From Lama glama (Eukaryota), in assembly GCA_028534125.1 (NCBI GenBank), contig CM052817.1:17734001-17798000 (forward strand): 64,000 nucleotides of DNA. Direction: 5' to 3'. The notes beneath the pieces are model-generated. The model saw only the letters and a program-made list of their open reading frames with translations. It ran no database searches and had not been told where the DNA came from. A program made the translations under genes and the position numbers. Below are positions 10,956 through 24,756 of the stretch, one piece after another (the stretch's first letter is position 1; each line of letters starts with the position of its first letter).

Positions 10956-11146
10956 CAGTTGACACTTAAACAACATGGGGGACTAGGGGTGTGTGAGTTA
11001 CAGTTGGCCCTCGAGTATCCAAGGTTCCGCAGTACCTGTGGTTTCACATCCTCGAATTCAGCCCACTTGAATCATGTGCTACTATAGTATTTACTGTTGG
11101 AAAAAATCCATATGTAAGTGGACCCATGCTGTTCGAGGGTCAGTTG
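10956..11146. mobile_element. Tigger2-type non-autonomous DNA transposon (MITE)
   Basis: TIRs CAGTTGACAC.../...GGGTCAGTTG flanked by TA on both sides. Internal AAAAAATCCATATGTAAGTGGACCC. Confidence 0.8.
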
Positions 11147-11264
11147 TAGTGTAAAATAGATTGGAGTTGATGGAGACCATAAGAGAGATGTATATAATAC
11201 AAGGTCTGATCTTGGTGCAAGGCCTAAGAATGGAAAGAACAAAGTAGCTCTTTTTGAGGCAGGG

Positions 11265-11460
11265 TGGTATAGGGAGCTTTGGAATCAATGCAGTGTCTAA
11301 AACTTGTGGCTCTGAGTGTGTCATGTAATCTAAGTCTTGCCTTTGTCTAAAAAAAGGGAGAAAATAATACTCTTATGGTATTGATACGAGGTTTAAAAGA
11401 GATACTGGATATGAAATGCCTAGCTCAGTTCTAGGAGTAGTAGGTGCTCCATAAATAGGT
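11265..11460 (+). mobile_element. MIR SINE relic
   Basis: GAGCTTTGGAATCA...GAGGTTTAAAAGAGATA...GCCTAGCTCAGTTCTAGGAGTAGTAGGTGCTCCATAAAT. Confidence 0.6.
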
Positions 11461-11891
11461 CCTCCTCCTCCTCTCTTTCTAGAATAGAATTTAAAGATTA
11501 TCGGATGGGGGTAGGGAGAAGCGTGGAAGAGAAGGTGGGGAGAAAAAAAAAACAACTGAATGATCAAAACTTGGGTAATGAAGTAATTACAGTTGGGAAA
11601 GTCTCAGTGAGGTGAACAGGTGTAAGAGAACCTATCTAACAGTGTTTTCTTTCTTTTAGCTTTTAAATACTGAATATTTGCATGCTTACGTGGCGATATC
11701 TTTCTACAATTATATAAATATACCTATTTTATATTTCTCTGTCTATATCTGTTTATCTAATCTTTCAGCAAGCTTCCTAAGGACATGACCAATATTTTAC
11801 TTATATTGCATAATTAAGGAGCAACTGCTAGCTGCCAGATTGTTGCTTGCTGAATGAACATGAGTTGAATGGATTTACTAACATATAACAC

Positions 11892-11910
11892 TTGCCACTA
11901 GGTGGCACTT
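11892..11910 (+). promoter_or_regulatory. CTCF core motif (TTGCCACTAGGTGGCACTT)
   Basis: Matches the CCASYAGRKGGCRS consensus with no mismatch. Confidence 0.65.
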
Positions 11911-14900
11911 GGTCTAAGTGATAGGGCTGACATTTATCATAGACTGATTTTTCTATGCAGAATTCATGGATAAACTCACTTCCCTGGGTCATGGTCAGCT
12001 TTGTGCCACTTCTAGACTATACTTTTTGAAGCGGGTTATGGAACATATAGCAAATACCTAACCTTAGAGTGTTGAAAAATAGAAAAGCATAATGGCATTA
12101 GAATATGTCCTCTAGAAAGAAGCTGAAGTCAAGGTCAGTGAAATCCACAAGTGACCAAATTCTCCATCTTTGAATGTATTTAAAGTGAAGCCTGCTGGTT
12201 AGATATTAGGCATTGTTTTTTCTTAAGACTGTATGTCGATTGCTTTAAAGGGGAAGACTGGGAATTTTTTTCTTCCTGGATTTCACGAAAGATAATGAAG
12301 TGTGGTCTGTAGGGATACTGGGCTATGGTTCTATATTCTCTTATTTATATTCTGGTATATTGTACTCCCCCTGTTGTGGAGTAACATATCATAGAATGTA
12401 ACTACATCCTGTGTGACAAATGTTAATAGATTATTAAATCCATTAGGTTCAGGAAACTGCAGATCTAGAAAATACCTCGTTAATCATACGTTCTAAAGTA
12501 ACCACTCATTTAAACACAGGCACAGACAGATGAAATAACGTTAATCAGTTAGTTAATGGCTGAGACTAGTTCCTGATTTGTCTTTTGGAGAGAGAATTAT
12601 GCTGGTCTTTTACACTTTTCTGTTTATACCTCTGAGCTGCCTTTTAAAGTTACATGCACTTTGTTTTTTAAAATACTTTCCTCTCCTTTTTGTGTGTGAA
12701 TTTAGACCAAGAGTACATATCTCTCCGCCCCAAGCCTGGGAGCGTTACTGCCAATGTTGCTTAATAAACGGTCAGCTCTGAGCCAGCCGGTTCTTTCCTC
12801 CTTTGCTGTTTTCCCGTTGCTGGTGCTGCTTGCTTTCTTTACCTTGTTCTGTATTTCAGACTGACCAAGGGGGCCCGCACACCTCCTCACCCACTCTGCT
12901 CTAGTTATCCCTACTCAAGAACTGCCTGGGTTCACGTCTGGTTCGCTCTAGTTTCTGCCTCTTGCCTCTGTAGCTTCTTAGTTCTGCTACCTGCATTAAA
13001 TTGCAGTTGGCTGTTTCCAAAGCCTCTGGAAGAGAAAATGGAAGGAGAGAAGAGGAGATTGAGAAAGAAGACAGATTGTCATAGAGAGAAGCTTGCCACA
13101 CTTTGAGACTGTATACTGAAAGATGGGCTTGTTTATGAACCTGATGATTTTCATGCAGTGAGTTTTCTAGTATATTTCTGTCAGTACAGTGTTACCCTCT
13201 TGACTATGGAATTCATTAAAGCTATTGTATCCATCATCTATGCTTATTCATCTGTCAAGGAAGTAAATTAAATTAATTTCAGCATTCCAAAGATAGTAGT
13301 GATAGTTTTGGTTTGGTAATTTACTTGCAGCTTATAATAATGAATGTCATTGTTTGATTAAATGGATAGTACAGAATTAGCGGGAGTTGCTGCTTCACTG
13401 TTAAAAAAACAAATCCCGATAGCTGTAGCTTTCAAAGATTATTCCATAATTATTGGTAATCATTTTTCATCCTGGCCTTCCTCTATGATGTAGTGTGATG
13501 TGTACATTTGAATATAGAATTTAGTGGCATGTCATTCACTTGAACCTAGTTTCTTAGCTTTAACTCCTGGAAGTTGTCAGTTGGTAATTAAGTATCTTTT
13601 AAATTGCATTAGAATTAAAAGTCACATGGTAGCTTAGGTGTGCAGTTAATTTATATTTGTTCCATTTTACTTTGTTTCTGTAATTATTTCAGCGAAGTGA
13701 CTATCTTGATGTGGAAGTTTTTCTTAAGGGTTAAGTCATACGTAAACGCTGATTTTGATTATTTTTCTGATCAGAAAAATAACGTTATGTGAAATTCCAG
13801 TTATTTAAATGTCATGTAAAGTGAGCCACTTCAGTCTTCTACTAGGAAATTAACTACTGTTATCAATTAGAAGTATATTCTTCAACTTTTTTTGTCTTAA
13901 GTGGAAATGCTAACATTCTGTTTCATACTAAAAATGTCAGTAGTTTAGTAAACATAATATTTAAGGGGATTAGGGAACTGATGTTTTCTTGAATATCTGC
14001 AGAGTCCTTAATTGTATTGTGAAGGAAGGGAGACAGTATCTCCATTTTACGGAGAAGTCTGAGGGTCAGGGATTGTGATTTAACTCGGGTTCACACAGCT
14101 TTGCTTCTGCCTATGCCATTACGCTGCCCTGTACTCAACTTTTGTTTATTTCTCCACCTAAATGGTAATCATTTGAAAGCTTCCAGGCTCTCTACTAGGT
14201 GGCAAGACAGTCCCAGATATAAGTAAGCCTTATAGAAGGCTTTAAGGTAAAGGAGATTGTATTCTTCCCTATTAGATTACTTTAAAAATAAATTTATGTT
14301 CTAGAAATGCATTCAGAAATAGACTTGACAAGTGTTTGAACTTAAAGAGTTCTCTGAAGTATCATTTATCTTTAAAATTTTGTATAATTTTACAAATAAT
14401 TGTGTTAAGTCCTTCTGGGAAGTGTTCTATCAGTTAATCCTCCTTTTCTGCCTTAAGACCAATTTTCAGGCCATTTAATTATTTTGTTATACACATTATA
14501 TGGCTTTGGGCAAGTTACATAATTGTGTTGTAGCTTAAGTTTCCCCATTTGTAAAATGGAGAGCGTATCTCAGAATTCTAATGAGGATCAAATTAATGTA
14601 TATTTGCAAAGGAGTTGCCAGACTAGGCTGGTCTGTAAGAATTGCTTACTATTGATTTCCTTTCTTACCTCTCATTTAAGGCACTGCCAGATCTTTTCTT
14701 TATCATTTACATCATTTTTATTACACTGGTTTTTCATCCTAGGCCGTCAAGAAATAACCCTTCAACTGGATCCCAAAACCTCATTTGAGTTATCAGCCTG
14801 TTTAGTTTTTCTACACCCATTGTTTTTGTTCACCATGATGTCTTTATTTTTGACTGGTAAGACTTGTTATCTTGTCTCTTGAACATTCCATCTTCTCTAC

Positions 14901-15466
14901 TTACTCCTTCAGTCTTAAATATTGTGGTTTGTATTCTTTGTCTTTCTCTTCTTGTCTTATCTATTGTTTGACTTTCTGTCTGTATCATCACCTTATATGT
15001 TTAGATTGATATTTGTAAAACTATTATTCGTTGTGAAGTATATGTCTTTTTCTCATTTTGTGTAAGAACTTTTTATTTTCCAGATAATACTCTTTGTCAA
15101 TTTTATATTGAGTATTTTCTCTTAAGTTTTTAATTTGTCATTTAGTTTTATTTGTTTATTGTTTTATAGGAGTTTAAAGTTTTTATGTAATCAAATTTGT
15201 AGCTGTTCCTTTGGCTTTGTGTTTTGCTTACCTTCCTTACTCTAAGACTTTGAAAGCGTTCTTGTATATGTTTTTCTTGTATATGTTCTTTTAGAATTTA
15301 AAACATGAAATAGCCCTTTTTAACCCTTCTGAGAGGATATTTATTTATTTAGCTATGTATTATGTGATGTAGGCTCTGACTTTATATTTTCCAAATGTAT
15401 AATGAAATGTACAGCATTTATTCTCATATACTCAATTTTTTCCATCCTGCCATCTGTTGATTTAGA

Positions 15467-15647
15467 GCTATGGTTCTTCAAATGAGGTTCTTGGACCGCA
15501 GCAATAGGATACTCTGGGAACTGGTTAGAAATGCAGATTCTTCCCCTCTGTCCCAGCCTCTTGTATCAGAAGCTCTGGAGTCCAGCACTCTGTTTCAGCA
15601 AGCTCTCCAAGGTGATTCTGAAGCCTCCAGAAGTTTACAAGTCACTG
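15467..15647. mobile_element. MER5A-type hAT-Charlie MITE
   Basis: GGTTCTTCAAA...CTGGGAACTGGTTAGAAATGCAGATTC...CAAGCTCTCCAAGGTGATTCTGA...AAGTTTACAAGTCACTG. Confidence 0.8.
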
Positions 15648-15649
15648 TG

Positions 15650-16375
15650 AGGGACTCCTCTTTCAGGACAAGCTGTCCACTTGTGCCCTAGATCCCTTTC
15701 CTTCTCAGCTACTCTAGGACATGGACTAGGCAAGCTAACCTTGCCTCTCTCTCTGCTCTCAATTTTTACCTTTCTAGTGGAGCATTCTTGACAATATACA
15801 AACATGCTGTTATTTCTCCTCTGGACTCCGCACTCCCCTCTAGTTCTGATTTCTCTTTTTCCTTTGCAACAAACTTCTATGAAGGGTTCTTCCTATCTGC
15901 AATTACTCTTACTCCATCCCCTCTAAACCTTCTTCAGCCTGGCTTTTGTCTCCATCACATCAACAAAACTGCTATTCTCAAGATTACCAGTTCCTTCCAC
16001 GTAGGTGAGTGTAGTGGTCAGTTTTTTCCAGATGCTATTCGACTTGACTTGATCAGCAGCATTTGACATCTTAGACCTCTCCCTTCTTGTTCATTCTGTT
16101 CATTTGGCTTCTAGGTTCAGAAACTCACTTCTGGTTTCCCACCTCACTGGCACCTTTTTCCTGGTCTTCTGTCTGGTGCTTTCTGATTTACCATATTTAT
16201 CTTGCTTTTTATCCTACATTCTACGCTCCTTCCCTGTTTTATTTTTCTCACTTGCATGTATCAACTTCTAACAGTATATGTTATTTGCCTTTTTATTTAT
16301 TACTCTCCCCTACTAGAATACAGTGCTTGATACATAGTAGGTACTCAATAAGTATTTGTTGGAAGAATGAATGAA
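15650..16375 (+). mobile_element. L2 relic with 3' tail
   Basis: Pyrimidine-rich L2 body ending CATAGTAGGTACTCAATAAGTATTTGTTGGAAGAATGAATGAA. Confidence 0.75.
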
Positions 16376-19300
16376 GTGTTCTAACATGACTTTTTGAATG
16401 CTCTATCCTTTTCTCATTGATTTGAAATTCTACTTTTACTACTATATGTTATAAACTTTAATGGGCCCCCCAGTATAAATATAATCTATTACTCAGTAGA
16501 ATTGAGGTCTGTCTTTACATTTAACGCTTAGCGTTGTCTGGTTAGGAAGATGGTTAAGTTTCTGTAAAACAGAGGAACACTAAGTTCACCTGCTAGCTAC
16601 TGGGAAAGTTGAAATTCAGACTTATGTTTTTGGATTGCAGGTTCATTGCTGTGAACGTCTTTTAGTGGTTGTGTAATGTAGCCATGCGGTGATGCTGCTG
16701 GGCATCCCCCCTCCCTGCCCCACATCTGGTTAACTCTTAGTCATTCATCAACACATGATTGGCTGTGCTCACCAAGCAGGGGAGCCCCTTCCCTCAGTTT
16801 AGGCAGAGAATAGATCTGAGGGAGGAGGGTAAAATTGAACAGAAAATTGGTTTATGTGGGATTTTTTAAAAAGTAGACTTTATTTTTTTAGAAGTTTTTT
16901 TTTAAATTGAAGTATAGTTGGTTTATAAGGTGTTAATTAGAACAGTTTTATTTGAGATTTTTGTCTCTGAATTTTAGTATGTGATTTTGGAAGAAAGATT
17001 ATGGAAAGAACACAGACTGGTGGTGAAACAGATTCTATTCACCACCAACTAATTTAGTAATATTCCTGCTTCACAAATGATATCTTTGATCTAGGCTTTA
17101 AGTTAAAAATGATACTATTTTTGTAAAGGTATTACTGTTAGAAGTAACTCAAGAGTCTCATGTTTCTGGTCCTCCAGATTCATTCTTTATATTGTACTGG
17201 AGTATTTTGAGTTTTGTTTTATGTAAAACTATTCTATAAATGTTACTTTAAAGTTTTTGCTGTCAAAATTTGTTGTTTTTCTAACTGAGACAGCAGCTGT
17301 GGATGTAGCTTAAAAACTGGTGAATATCTACAATGATGAGCCTTTATGGAGCAATGAAAGGCTGCTTATAAATTGTAGCCACAGTTGCAGTGAATTCTGT
17401 GTTTGTTATTTGTGAATCCGTAAGGGTGATTGAGGGGGGTGAGTTAGGATAGTACCAACTGAGAGAGTGTTTCTATTCTGGGAATCTTTGGAGCAGCCAT
17501 TTCTGCTTCTGTTCTTTATTTCTTATGACTTTGAAGAAATTTGGAATGTTCTGCTTGACTTTTTGATGATCTTTCTTTAAATTTATTACTTGGATATGTG
17601 TACTCTAAAGGTAAATTATAATTTTAGGATGTTTTATAGATATGGTTTCTGTCATCAGATATTTTTGCTCTCAACAATTACTGTGTGTGATAGCACTTAG
17701 GGATGAAGTCTTACTTGTGTCTACTGTCTAAAGCTATGAATGTTGGATTGTTTGGAATTAAGTATTTTCTACTTAATATGATTAGCTCAGACATGTAGCT
17801 TTAGGTACAGTGCATATCTCTTCCATTTCAAAAGTATATGGTTTTAATATGTTTTTGAGCAGATCCAAATAGTTAACTATAAGTTATTAAAAATAGTTTT
17901 ACTCTAAGATACTAAAGACCACACCAGGAGCTAAGCTACAGGAAATATGGGAGCCTTGGTATTTTCTATCAAAATAATCTGGAAGATAAATTTCTCAAAA
18001 TAAAAGAATTTTAGAAAATGTTCATTTAAAAAAAAAAAAGGGTGGAAGAGCAATAGTTGAAACAAATGAGGCTCCCTGACCAAAAAAAAAACCCCACAAC
18101 TGTGTGTGTAGGATTGTGGTCAGTATTTCTGAAGATCTGAGAGTATGTATTTGCTGAACTATTTATGTAGTTAAATAATCCTAATAAATTCACTTGATTT
18201 GTAAAGGCAGTGTTTAACATGCTTCCTAATTATATTGAAGATATTCAAAAGGTACAAATTGAATATGCTGTTAAAATTAACTTTTGTTGTTAAATTTAGT
18301 CTTATTCTTCCTAGTGGTTAATAGCGTTTAGACTTTGACCGGAACATCTATTTTATTGTGTGGGACATGGTTTCAGGAGGATTTTGCACGCATTGGAAAC
18401 AAGAGTTTTTGTGAATTGTAGTCATTATCCATAATCAGTTTAGATACAAGAGCATTCCCAGTGAGTTACTTGTGATTCATAACCAAATTTTAGCAGAGCA
18501 GATGTAGACTACCAATGGAATAATTAGCCAAAAAAATATTAGGGGGTTAGAGAGCCCTTCATGTAACATTTAGCTTTAATTTCTTGGCTAGTTTATATGA
18601 ACAATTAAAGTTTTGAGGCACTTAAATTTTCTTTTCGTCTCTTGGGATTTCACAGTTGTCACCAGTAGCTGTAATCACTAGGGAAGTAGAAATATTATTT
18701 CCATCAAACAGATGGCTTTTCCGGCACTGGTCCCTAACTTTGCCTACTGAGGTTCCTGTTTACGTTGGACGATTTCCTAATCACACCAGCTTGGTATACT
18801 TTTGAAAGATGACACCTGGTAATAGAATACGACGTAGACGTTAACATGACTTAGTGAACTTGACAGGGTCTAAAGGTTGGAAGTATATGTAATTCCCATG
18901 TTTCTGGGGGAAAGTAGTCTGCTCCTGTGAGAGGAGCCACCTAGTAATGGATACTGATGCCCTAGCTATCCTCTCAGGGATGCCTTAGCTACCTCTTCCA
19001 CTTTTTGACTTTCATTAGCTCTGACATTCAGCGTGTTAGTTTAATTTCTGCTTGGCATGTGACTAGCCCATGCTGGGCTTTGAGGCATTGGGAAGTTTTC
19101 GTTAGGATTAAGGATAGGTTTCTGTGGTGGACGAGGAAGATTTTTCAGAGACTACAGTGATGTGGGGACTTAAAATTACAAAAATCACATCTTTTTTTCA
19201 GCTCTAATATGAAGCTTTTTTGGAGACTTTACTTGTTATTAATAGGATTATCTTCCCCCTTTTTAATGTGTCTGTTTTCCTTCTCCTTTTGGACATTTTA

Positions 19301-19639
19301 AAACACACACTCACACATTTTGGGGATCCACGTATATACTTATGCTCCTGAAATGTATTCTTATGCTCCTGTATACTTATGCTCCTGAAAAGCATAAGTC
19401 AGCTATTAAGATTCTAAAAACTTTGTGTTTGTCAGCTGTGTTTACTCTATAGTGAGAAATGTCTGTTTTGAAGTCATTTCTTGATGCCATCTGAAAGGAA
19501 TCTAGGGACAAAATTTGTGAGGATAGGTTACCTTTTGGAAAGATAGAGTGGGACTTTATTTCTTTAATATAATTGGTTGGGGAAGGTTTTAAGAGTGAAT
19601 AGAGTCATGGTGGGTGTTTCAAGAAGGAAAAAAATTCTG

Positions 19640-20380
19640 ATGCTTTAACACATGTTGTTGGGGGTGGGGGATGGTGGTGCCATTTGCTGAGATGAGATGA
19701 ACTGACACAGTAGAGGAGTTGAGTTAGTGTTGACGGGGAGAAGTTTTTGGTTTTCAGCATGTTGTGTTTGAAGCCATTGTGAGAGAGTTAGATGAAGATA
19801 TCCAGTGGCCAGTTACATACATGTATTATGTCTGTGTTTCCTGAGAGGAGAGATTCCTGTTAGGAGAAAGGTCAAAGTTGGAAATCCATACCTGAAGACT
19901 GTTAGATGGTAATTAATGCCTTGCGAGTGGGCAAAATCTCCTTGGAGAGGGTTGGAGTTAAGCAGAGACAAACCACTAGTGAGCATCAACATTTAAGGAA
20001 TGGGTAGAGATGTAAAAACCAGAAAAGGAAAGCTAATGACGAAAGAGGTGGGACAAAACCTAGACAATGTAGCATCACAAAAATGAAGAGAATACTTCGA
20101 GGAGGAGGGACACTGGTCATTTCTGTCACATGCTCCAAAGAGGGTAAGTGAAATAAATCTAAATATTCACCAGATTTAGGACTTGAAAGACCTTGGCAAG
20201 AACAATTTCAGTGAACTGGTAGGAGCTATAATGTGATCTGACACGGGTTGAGGGAGTGGAGACCATTCTTTCAAGAGCAATGATTCTGAACTCGGTGGGA
20301 ATGGAACCTAGGTATTGTGGTGGAGCTTTTTAAGGTGGAATAGGCTTGACTTGTTTAAATGCTAATTGGAAGGAACACAA
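19640..20380 (-). mobile_element. L2 relic
   Basis: Antisense L2 motifs GATGGTGGTGCCATTTGCTGAGATG, GGTTTTCAGCATGTTGTGTTTGA, GACCTTGGCAAGAACAATTTCAGTG. Confidence 0.7.
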
Positions 20381-22394
20381 AGATGGAAGGGGTGAAACTT
20401 AGATTGAAACTCCTAATAAGGCCTTTTCCATAACATTGTACAGTTTCTCATCTATTAATGGAAAGTCTACAGTAAAAGGGGTTTTGTTGAGGAGGGGGAC
20501 ACACGTTCAATACTGCTGTGACAATGAAGACATTCATAAACTTGATTCTCTTAATTTTTCAGTCTTTCCGCATTGACTATCTCATTTTAATGAGAGAAAA
20601 TATTCTGTGTCATTTTTCTCCTCAAGGAATGACCTTTATTCATTTTTTAGTTGGTGTCCCTAGTGATTAACTGAGGTAGTGGATTTAGTTGATCCATGTG
20701 AAGCCAAATATACCATTCTCACTATTTTTAAAAAATAGAACGGTGTATTTAAGTTTATTTTGTTATTTTTAAAATTGTTTACACATAATATATGTAATTA
20801 CTTCTAAAAAGTCTTGGTTAATTGTGAGAGTCATTCAAAGGGCTAGTTCTAAGTTCACTTTATTTCTGTGAAAGTCAGGTGATTTTCATAGCTGAAAAGC
20901 CGTTGTTTAAATGTCATGTTTACCTTAAATGGTTTTAATTTTATAGACGTAACTGCTCCATAGCATACTGCAGGAAGCTGCATGTCTTCATAGGAAACGT
21001 AATCAATTTGGGGACCTTGTATAAGAAAAACGAGTAGCTCATCAGGTTTCACAACCCTTTCAAGTGCTTTGCCACGAGATAAACAGCAAACCTCTGTGTG
21101 TACAAAAGATTTTCATGGTTATCCCTATTTCATGAAGATATATTGTTTTCTAGAGCTAGCCATATCCATGACATCTGGTAGTACTTTGTGCCATTCTGTT
21201 GTGATTTTCTTTGCTTGCTAATGAAAAGGTGAAATGAATGAGTTTCTTGTGTGATGGGATCTCAGTAAGCTTTTTATAGAAGTCTTACTTTATTTTGTTT
21301 AAAGCAGCCACTCTCACAGCAGATAATACTCTTACTGATTGTCTGTAAAAAGCTTTAATTAAGGAAATCAAAGAAGCTCCCTCAAGTTCCTTTGTCCTCT
21401 TACTCAGTTTTCTATCCCTTGTACCTAGAAGAGTGCCTGCCATGTAAACGGCACTCAGTAAATATTAAAGTACAGAGTGAACTGGCAGTTGAGAATGTTT
21501 TCCTAGAGATATTTTCTTAGACATTTTTGCATTTCATTAAGAAGCTAGCAAAGGCTATATAAGCTGAGGCATATTAGAAAAAAAGTCTGTAACTTAATCT
21601 ACTTTATGGCAAATTTCCCACATGGTGTAATTTTTTCTAATGCTAGTTTTTCTCCCTTCATAATCTTCAACAGTGTTTTCTGTGCTTATTTAGACAGTAA
21701 TTTACTGACAGGAAAATACATTTTGGTTTATGATCATGTTATTCCCCAGGTCATATTTCAGCCTCTTCTACCATGACAGAAGGAATAAGTCTTTTCCTGT
21801 GGTATGTGGCTTCTTACATTGTTTTATGAGAAATCATAAAAGATGCATGTAAACCCAAATTTTCCAAAGTACTGAATTGAAAATCATGACTTTAAACCTT
21901 TCCAGCGAAGACTCAACCTATAGAGATGTATTAAATTTTATGTACCTAAAATTTTAAGTATTTTACTAATTATGATTGCTTTACACTCATTTATACATTT
22001 TGGGGCAAAATTTATATATAGGGTGAAGTTATTGATAACAGATGTAAATCTGTATTTTTAAAACTTGTCTTGGTTATTTCTATCTTTTTGACTCTTTTAT
22101 TATATCCATATCTGATTATTCATTATTTTTGCTTGGTAAAGAGGGAGTACTAGGAGGAAGAGGTACCCTTTTGCCATTTATTTAATGTGCTTAAATTATT
22201 AGTATTATCTCCAGTACCTCTTTTGTTGCAGAAGTTATCTTAAAACCCTCACCTGTTTCCTGAGGGTTGCGGTCATTAAACTAGGTAATTTGTGATTTGC
22301 TGAAACAGATCAGTCAATGAAACATCATTATCAACCCTTCACATCCTGAAATACCTCTTCTCCCCTCAGGTTGGTCTCATCTGACAGACTGAGT

Positions 22395-22890
22395 CCTAGT
22401 GATGTATTCAAAGATTTCTGAGTGCCAGCTGTGTTCCAGGAGCTAGGATATACCAGAGGACAAAACAGACCAAAAAAAATGTGTACCTCTGCCAGTGTGT
22501 AGAGGTTACATTTTAGTGAGAGAGACAGACAAAAACCAAATAAATTAAATATCTATTGAGATAAGGGCTTTAGAAGAAAAAGAATGTTGGGAGTAGGATA
22601 GGGAATGTCAGGAAGGGGTTGCAACAGGTCTCTTTGAGATGGTGACACTTGAGGAAAGGAACTTAAGGATAAGGTGAGAATTTGAGGCATGTTTTTATGT
22701 GGGAATAACATTCCAGCAAGAAGGAACAGCAAATGTAAAGACCCTGAGGCAGAATATGCATAGATTAGATATGGTATGTGAGGTAAAGACAGGAGTCAAA
22801 GCTAACCCACAGGTTCTGGCCTGAACAGTCGCAGTTCCACGGTTGCCTTCATTTGAAATGAGGAACAGCTTTTGGGTGTAAGACTGGGAG
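22395..22890 (-). mobile_element. L2 relic
   Basis: TTTCTGAGTGCCAGCTGTGTTCCAGG...ATTCCAGCAAGAAGGAACAGCAAATGTAAAGACCCTGAGGCAG. Confidence 0.7.
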
Positions 22891-23353
22891 ACGAGGATGT
22901 ATGCACAGGATAAGTCACTTGTATGACTTCTGGATTTTGCACGGTGAGAGGTTTAAAAATGTCAAAGCAGACAAACTCTTGGCAGGAAACATGATTTTGA
23001 ATAACTTTTGCTTTAAACTGTTGATACTTAGGGGAGATGAACTAATTTATTTGCACAAACCGGAGGTAGTTAATAAAGGAAGGGGACTTTCCTGCAGTAA
23101 ATGAAAGTGTTTTATACATCAATTTTGGATTACCTAAATAATTGCTTGAAATTTTTTTGCTTTATTCTATTAAAATCCGTTACTTTCCCCCCAGCCCATT
23201 TGATTTAAACAGGGATTTAAAATGTGATAATATTACACAGATTAGTATGTAATCTCTGACATGAGGAATGTAAGTACTGAGATCTATTTAGATAGAAACG
23301 GAAATAGGCATAATATTAAGACTAATGGGAAAAAGAAGCACATTTTTGACGGC

Positions 23354-24133
23354 TGTGATGTTGTGATTTATAAATATGTGTATTTGGTCATCAAGTGACC
23401 AAAATATATTTCTCATACATATTTGTTCTTGTCTCTATTTCCTGGCTGGCAGCTCTTAAGACCCTTGGAATTCCTAAGTGAGAAGAGTGATAAAGGTGTC
23501 TTTTGTTAGACTAATGAGGTGACTTTTGGAACCAACCTTGGGATTAGAAAGTTGGAACTTGTAGTCCTACCTCCTAACCTCTAGGGAGGGAAAAGGGGCT
23601 ATAGATTGAACCCATCTCCAGTGGCTGGTGATGTAGTCATTTGTGACTCTGTAATGATGCTTCCATAAAGCCTCAAAGGACAGGGTTTGGAGAGCTTCCA
23701 GGCTGGTGAAGAGCTTCCAGGCTGATGAAATGCTGAAAGAGTGATGCGTCTGAATGGGGCCTGAAAGCTCCAGGCCTTCCCCTGTGTCTTGCCCTGTGCA
23801 TCTCTTCCATTTGGCTATTCCTGAGTTATATCCTTTTATGATAAACTGGTAATGTAGTAAGCAAAATGTTTCTCTGAGTTATGTGAGTCACTCTAGCAAA
23901 TTAGTCAAACCCAAGGAGGGGGTGGATTATGGGAACTTCTGATCTATGTAGCTGGATGGTCAGAAACAGAGGTAATTGCTTGAGACTGGCGGGGATCGTG
24001 GGAACTTCTAAGATCTGACCATCTTGGGGTAGATAGTGTCAAAATTGAGTTGAATTGTAGGTCACCTTTCTGGTGTCCAGGGAATTGCTTATTGGTGCGG
24101 GAAGCCTCCTCTCCATGTTGGAGTTGGTACCAG
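23354..24133. mobile_element. Solo ERV LTR, MER21-like
   Basis: Begins TGTGATGTTGTGATTTATA. Contains AAGACCCTTGGAATTCC, GAGAGCTTCCAGGCTGGTGAA, CCCTGTGCATCTCTTCCATTTGGCT and GTAGATAGTGTCAAAATTGAGTTGAATTGTAGG, matching recalled MER21 consensus. Confidence 0.8.
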
Positions 24134-24544
24134 AACCCGAACCCATTTAACCCTATTCTTAAGTCTCCAGGCATCACTTGAGAGACTTTTTTTTCTGAGA
24201 ATGCTTTATGTTATAAACAATTAATTCTAGATAACTGTGTATCAAAATAATCTGCTTTATATGGCCTACTGTCTGTACAAACTATGTTTATCTTTCTTTA
24301 TGAGCTTTCTGTTTTGGTACTATATAAATTTGGAAATACACACATGCTGGATCGGCTCACTTCATTGCCTGAGTTTATACAGTAGGTTATTCAGTAGATT
24401 GATTCTCCATGGGATCGTGTTCTCTGGTTATGTTAAGAAAGAAAGTATACTAAGAGTTGCCTTGGTGTGTGTGTATGGGTGGGGCAGGTGTGTGTCTCTC
24501 ATGTCTACTTTGTCTGGGATCACAACGAGTTGACATGGATTCTC

Positions 24545-24641
24545 ATTTATTTATTTTTTAGATGCAGGTACTGCGGATTGAACCTAGGACCTCCTGCATG
24601 CTAAGCATGTGCTCTACCTGAGCTATACTACCCTGCTCCCC
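24545..24641 (-). mobile_element. Camelid tRNA-derived SINE (Vic-1-like)
   Basis: Antisense GGATTGAACCTAGGACCTCCTGCATGCTAAGCATGTGCTCTACCTGAGCTATAC with a (TTTA)n tail. Confidence 0.88.
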
Positions 24642-24756
24642 ACACCTCGTCTTTGTTTAAAGATCAACAACAAATCATTAAGTAGCATCAATCACTACTA
24701 CTGCATTTTTGTTCTAATGGTAGCAATTTTAACATACGTTCATTGTTTTCACTGTA

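Noticed and set aside
12830..12870. Strong-looking acceptor (TTTCTTTACCTTGTTCTGTATTTCAG) as a cryptic exon
   Set aside because: I found no convincing partner donor or recognisable coding content, and such sites are common in long introns.
19333..19399. Short direct repeats as a CRISPR-like array
   Set aside because: Mammalian intron, 12-bp repeats, and spacers only a few bases long.
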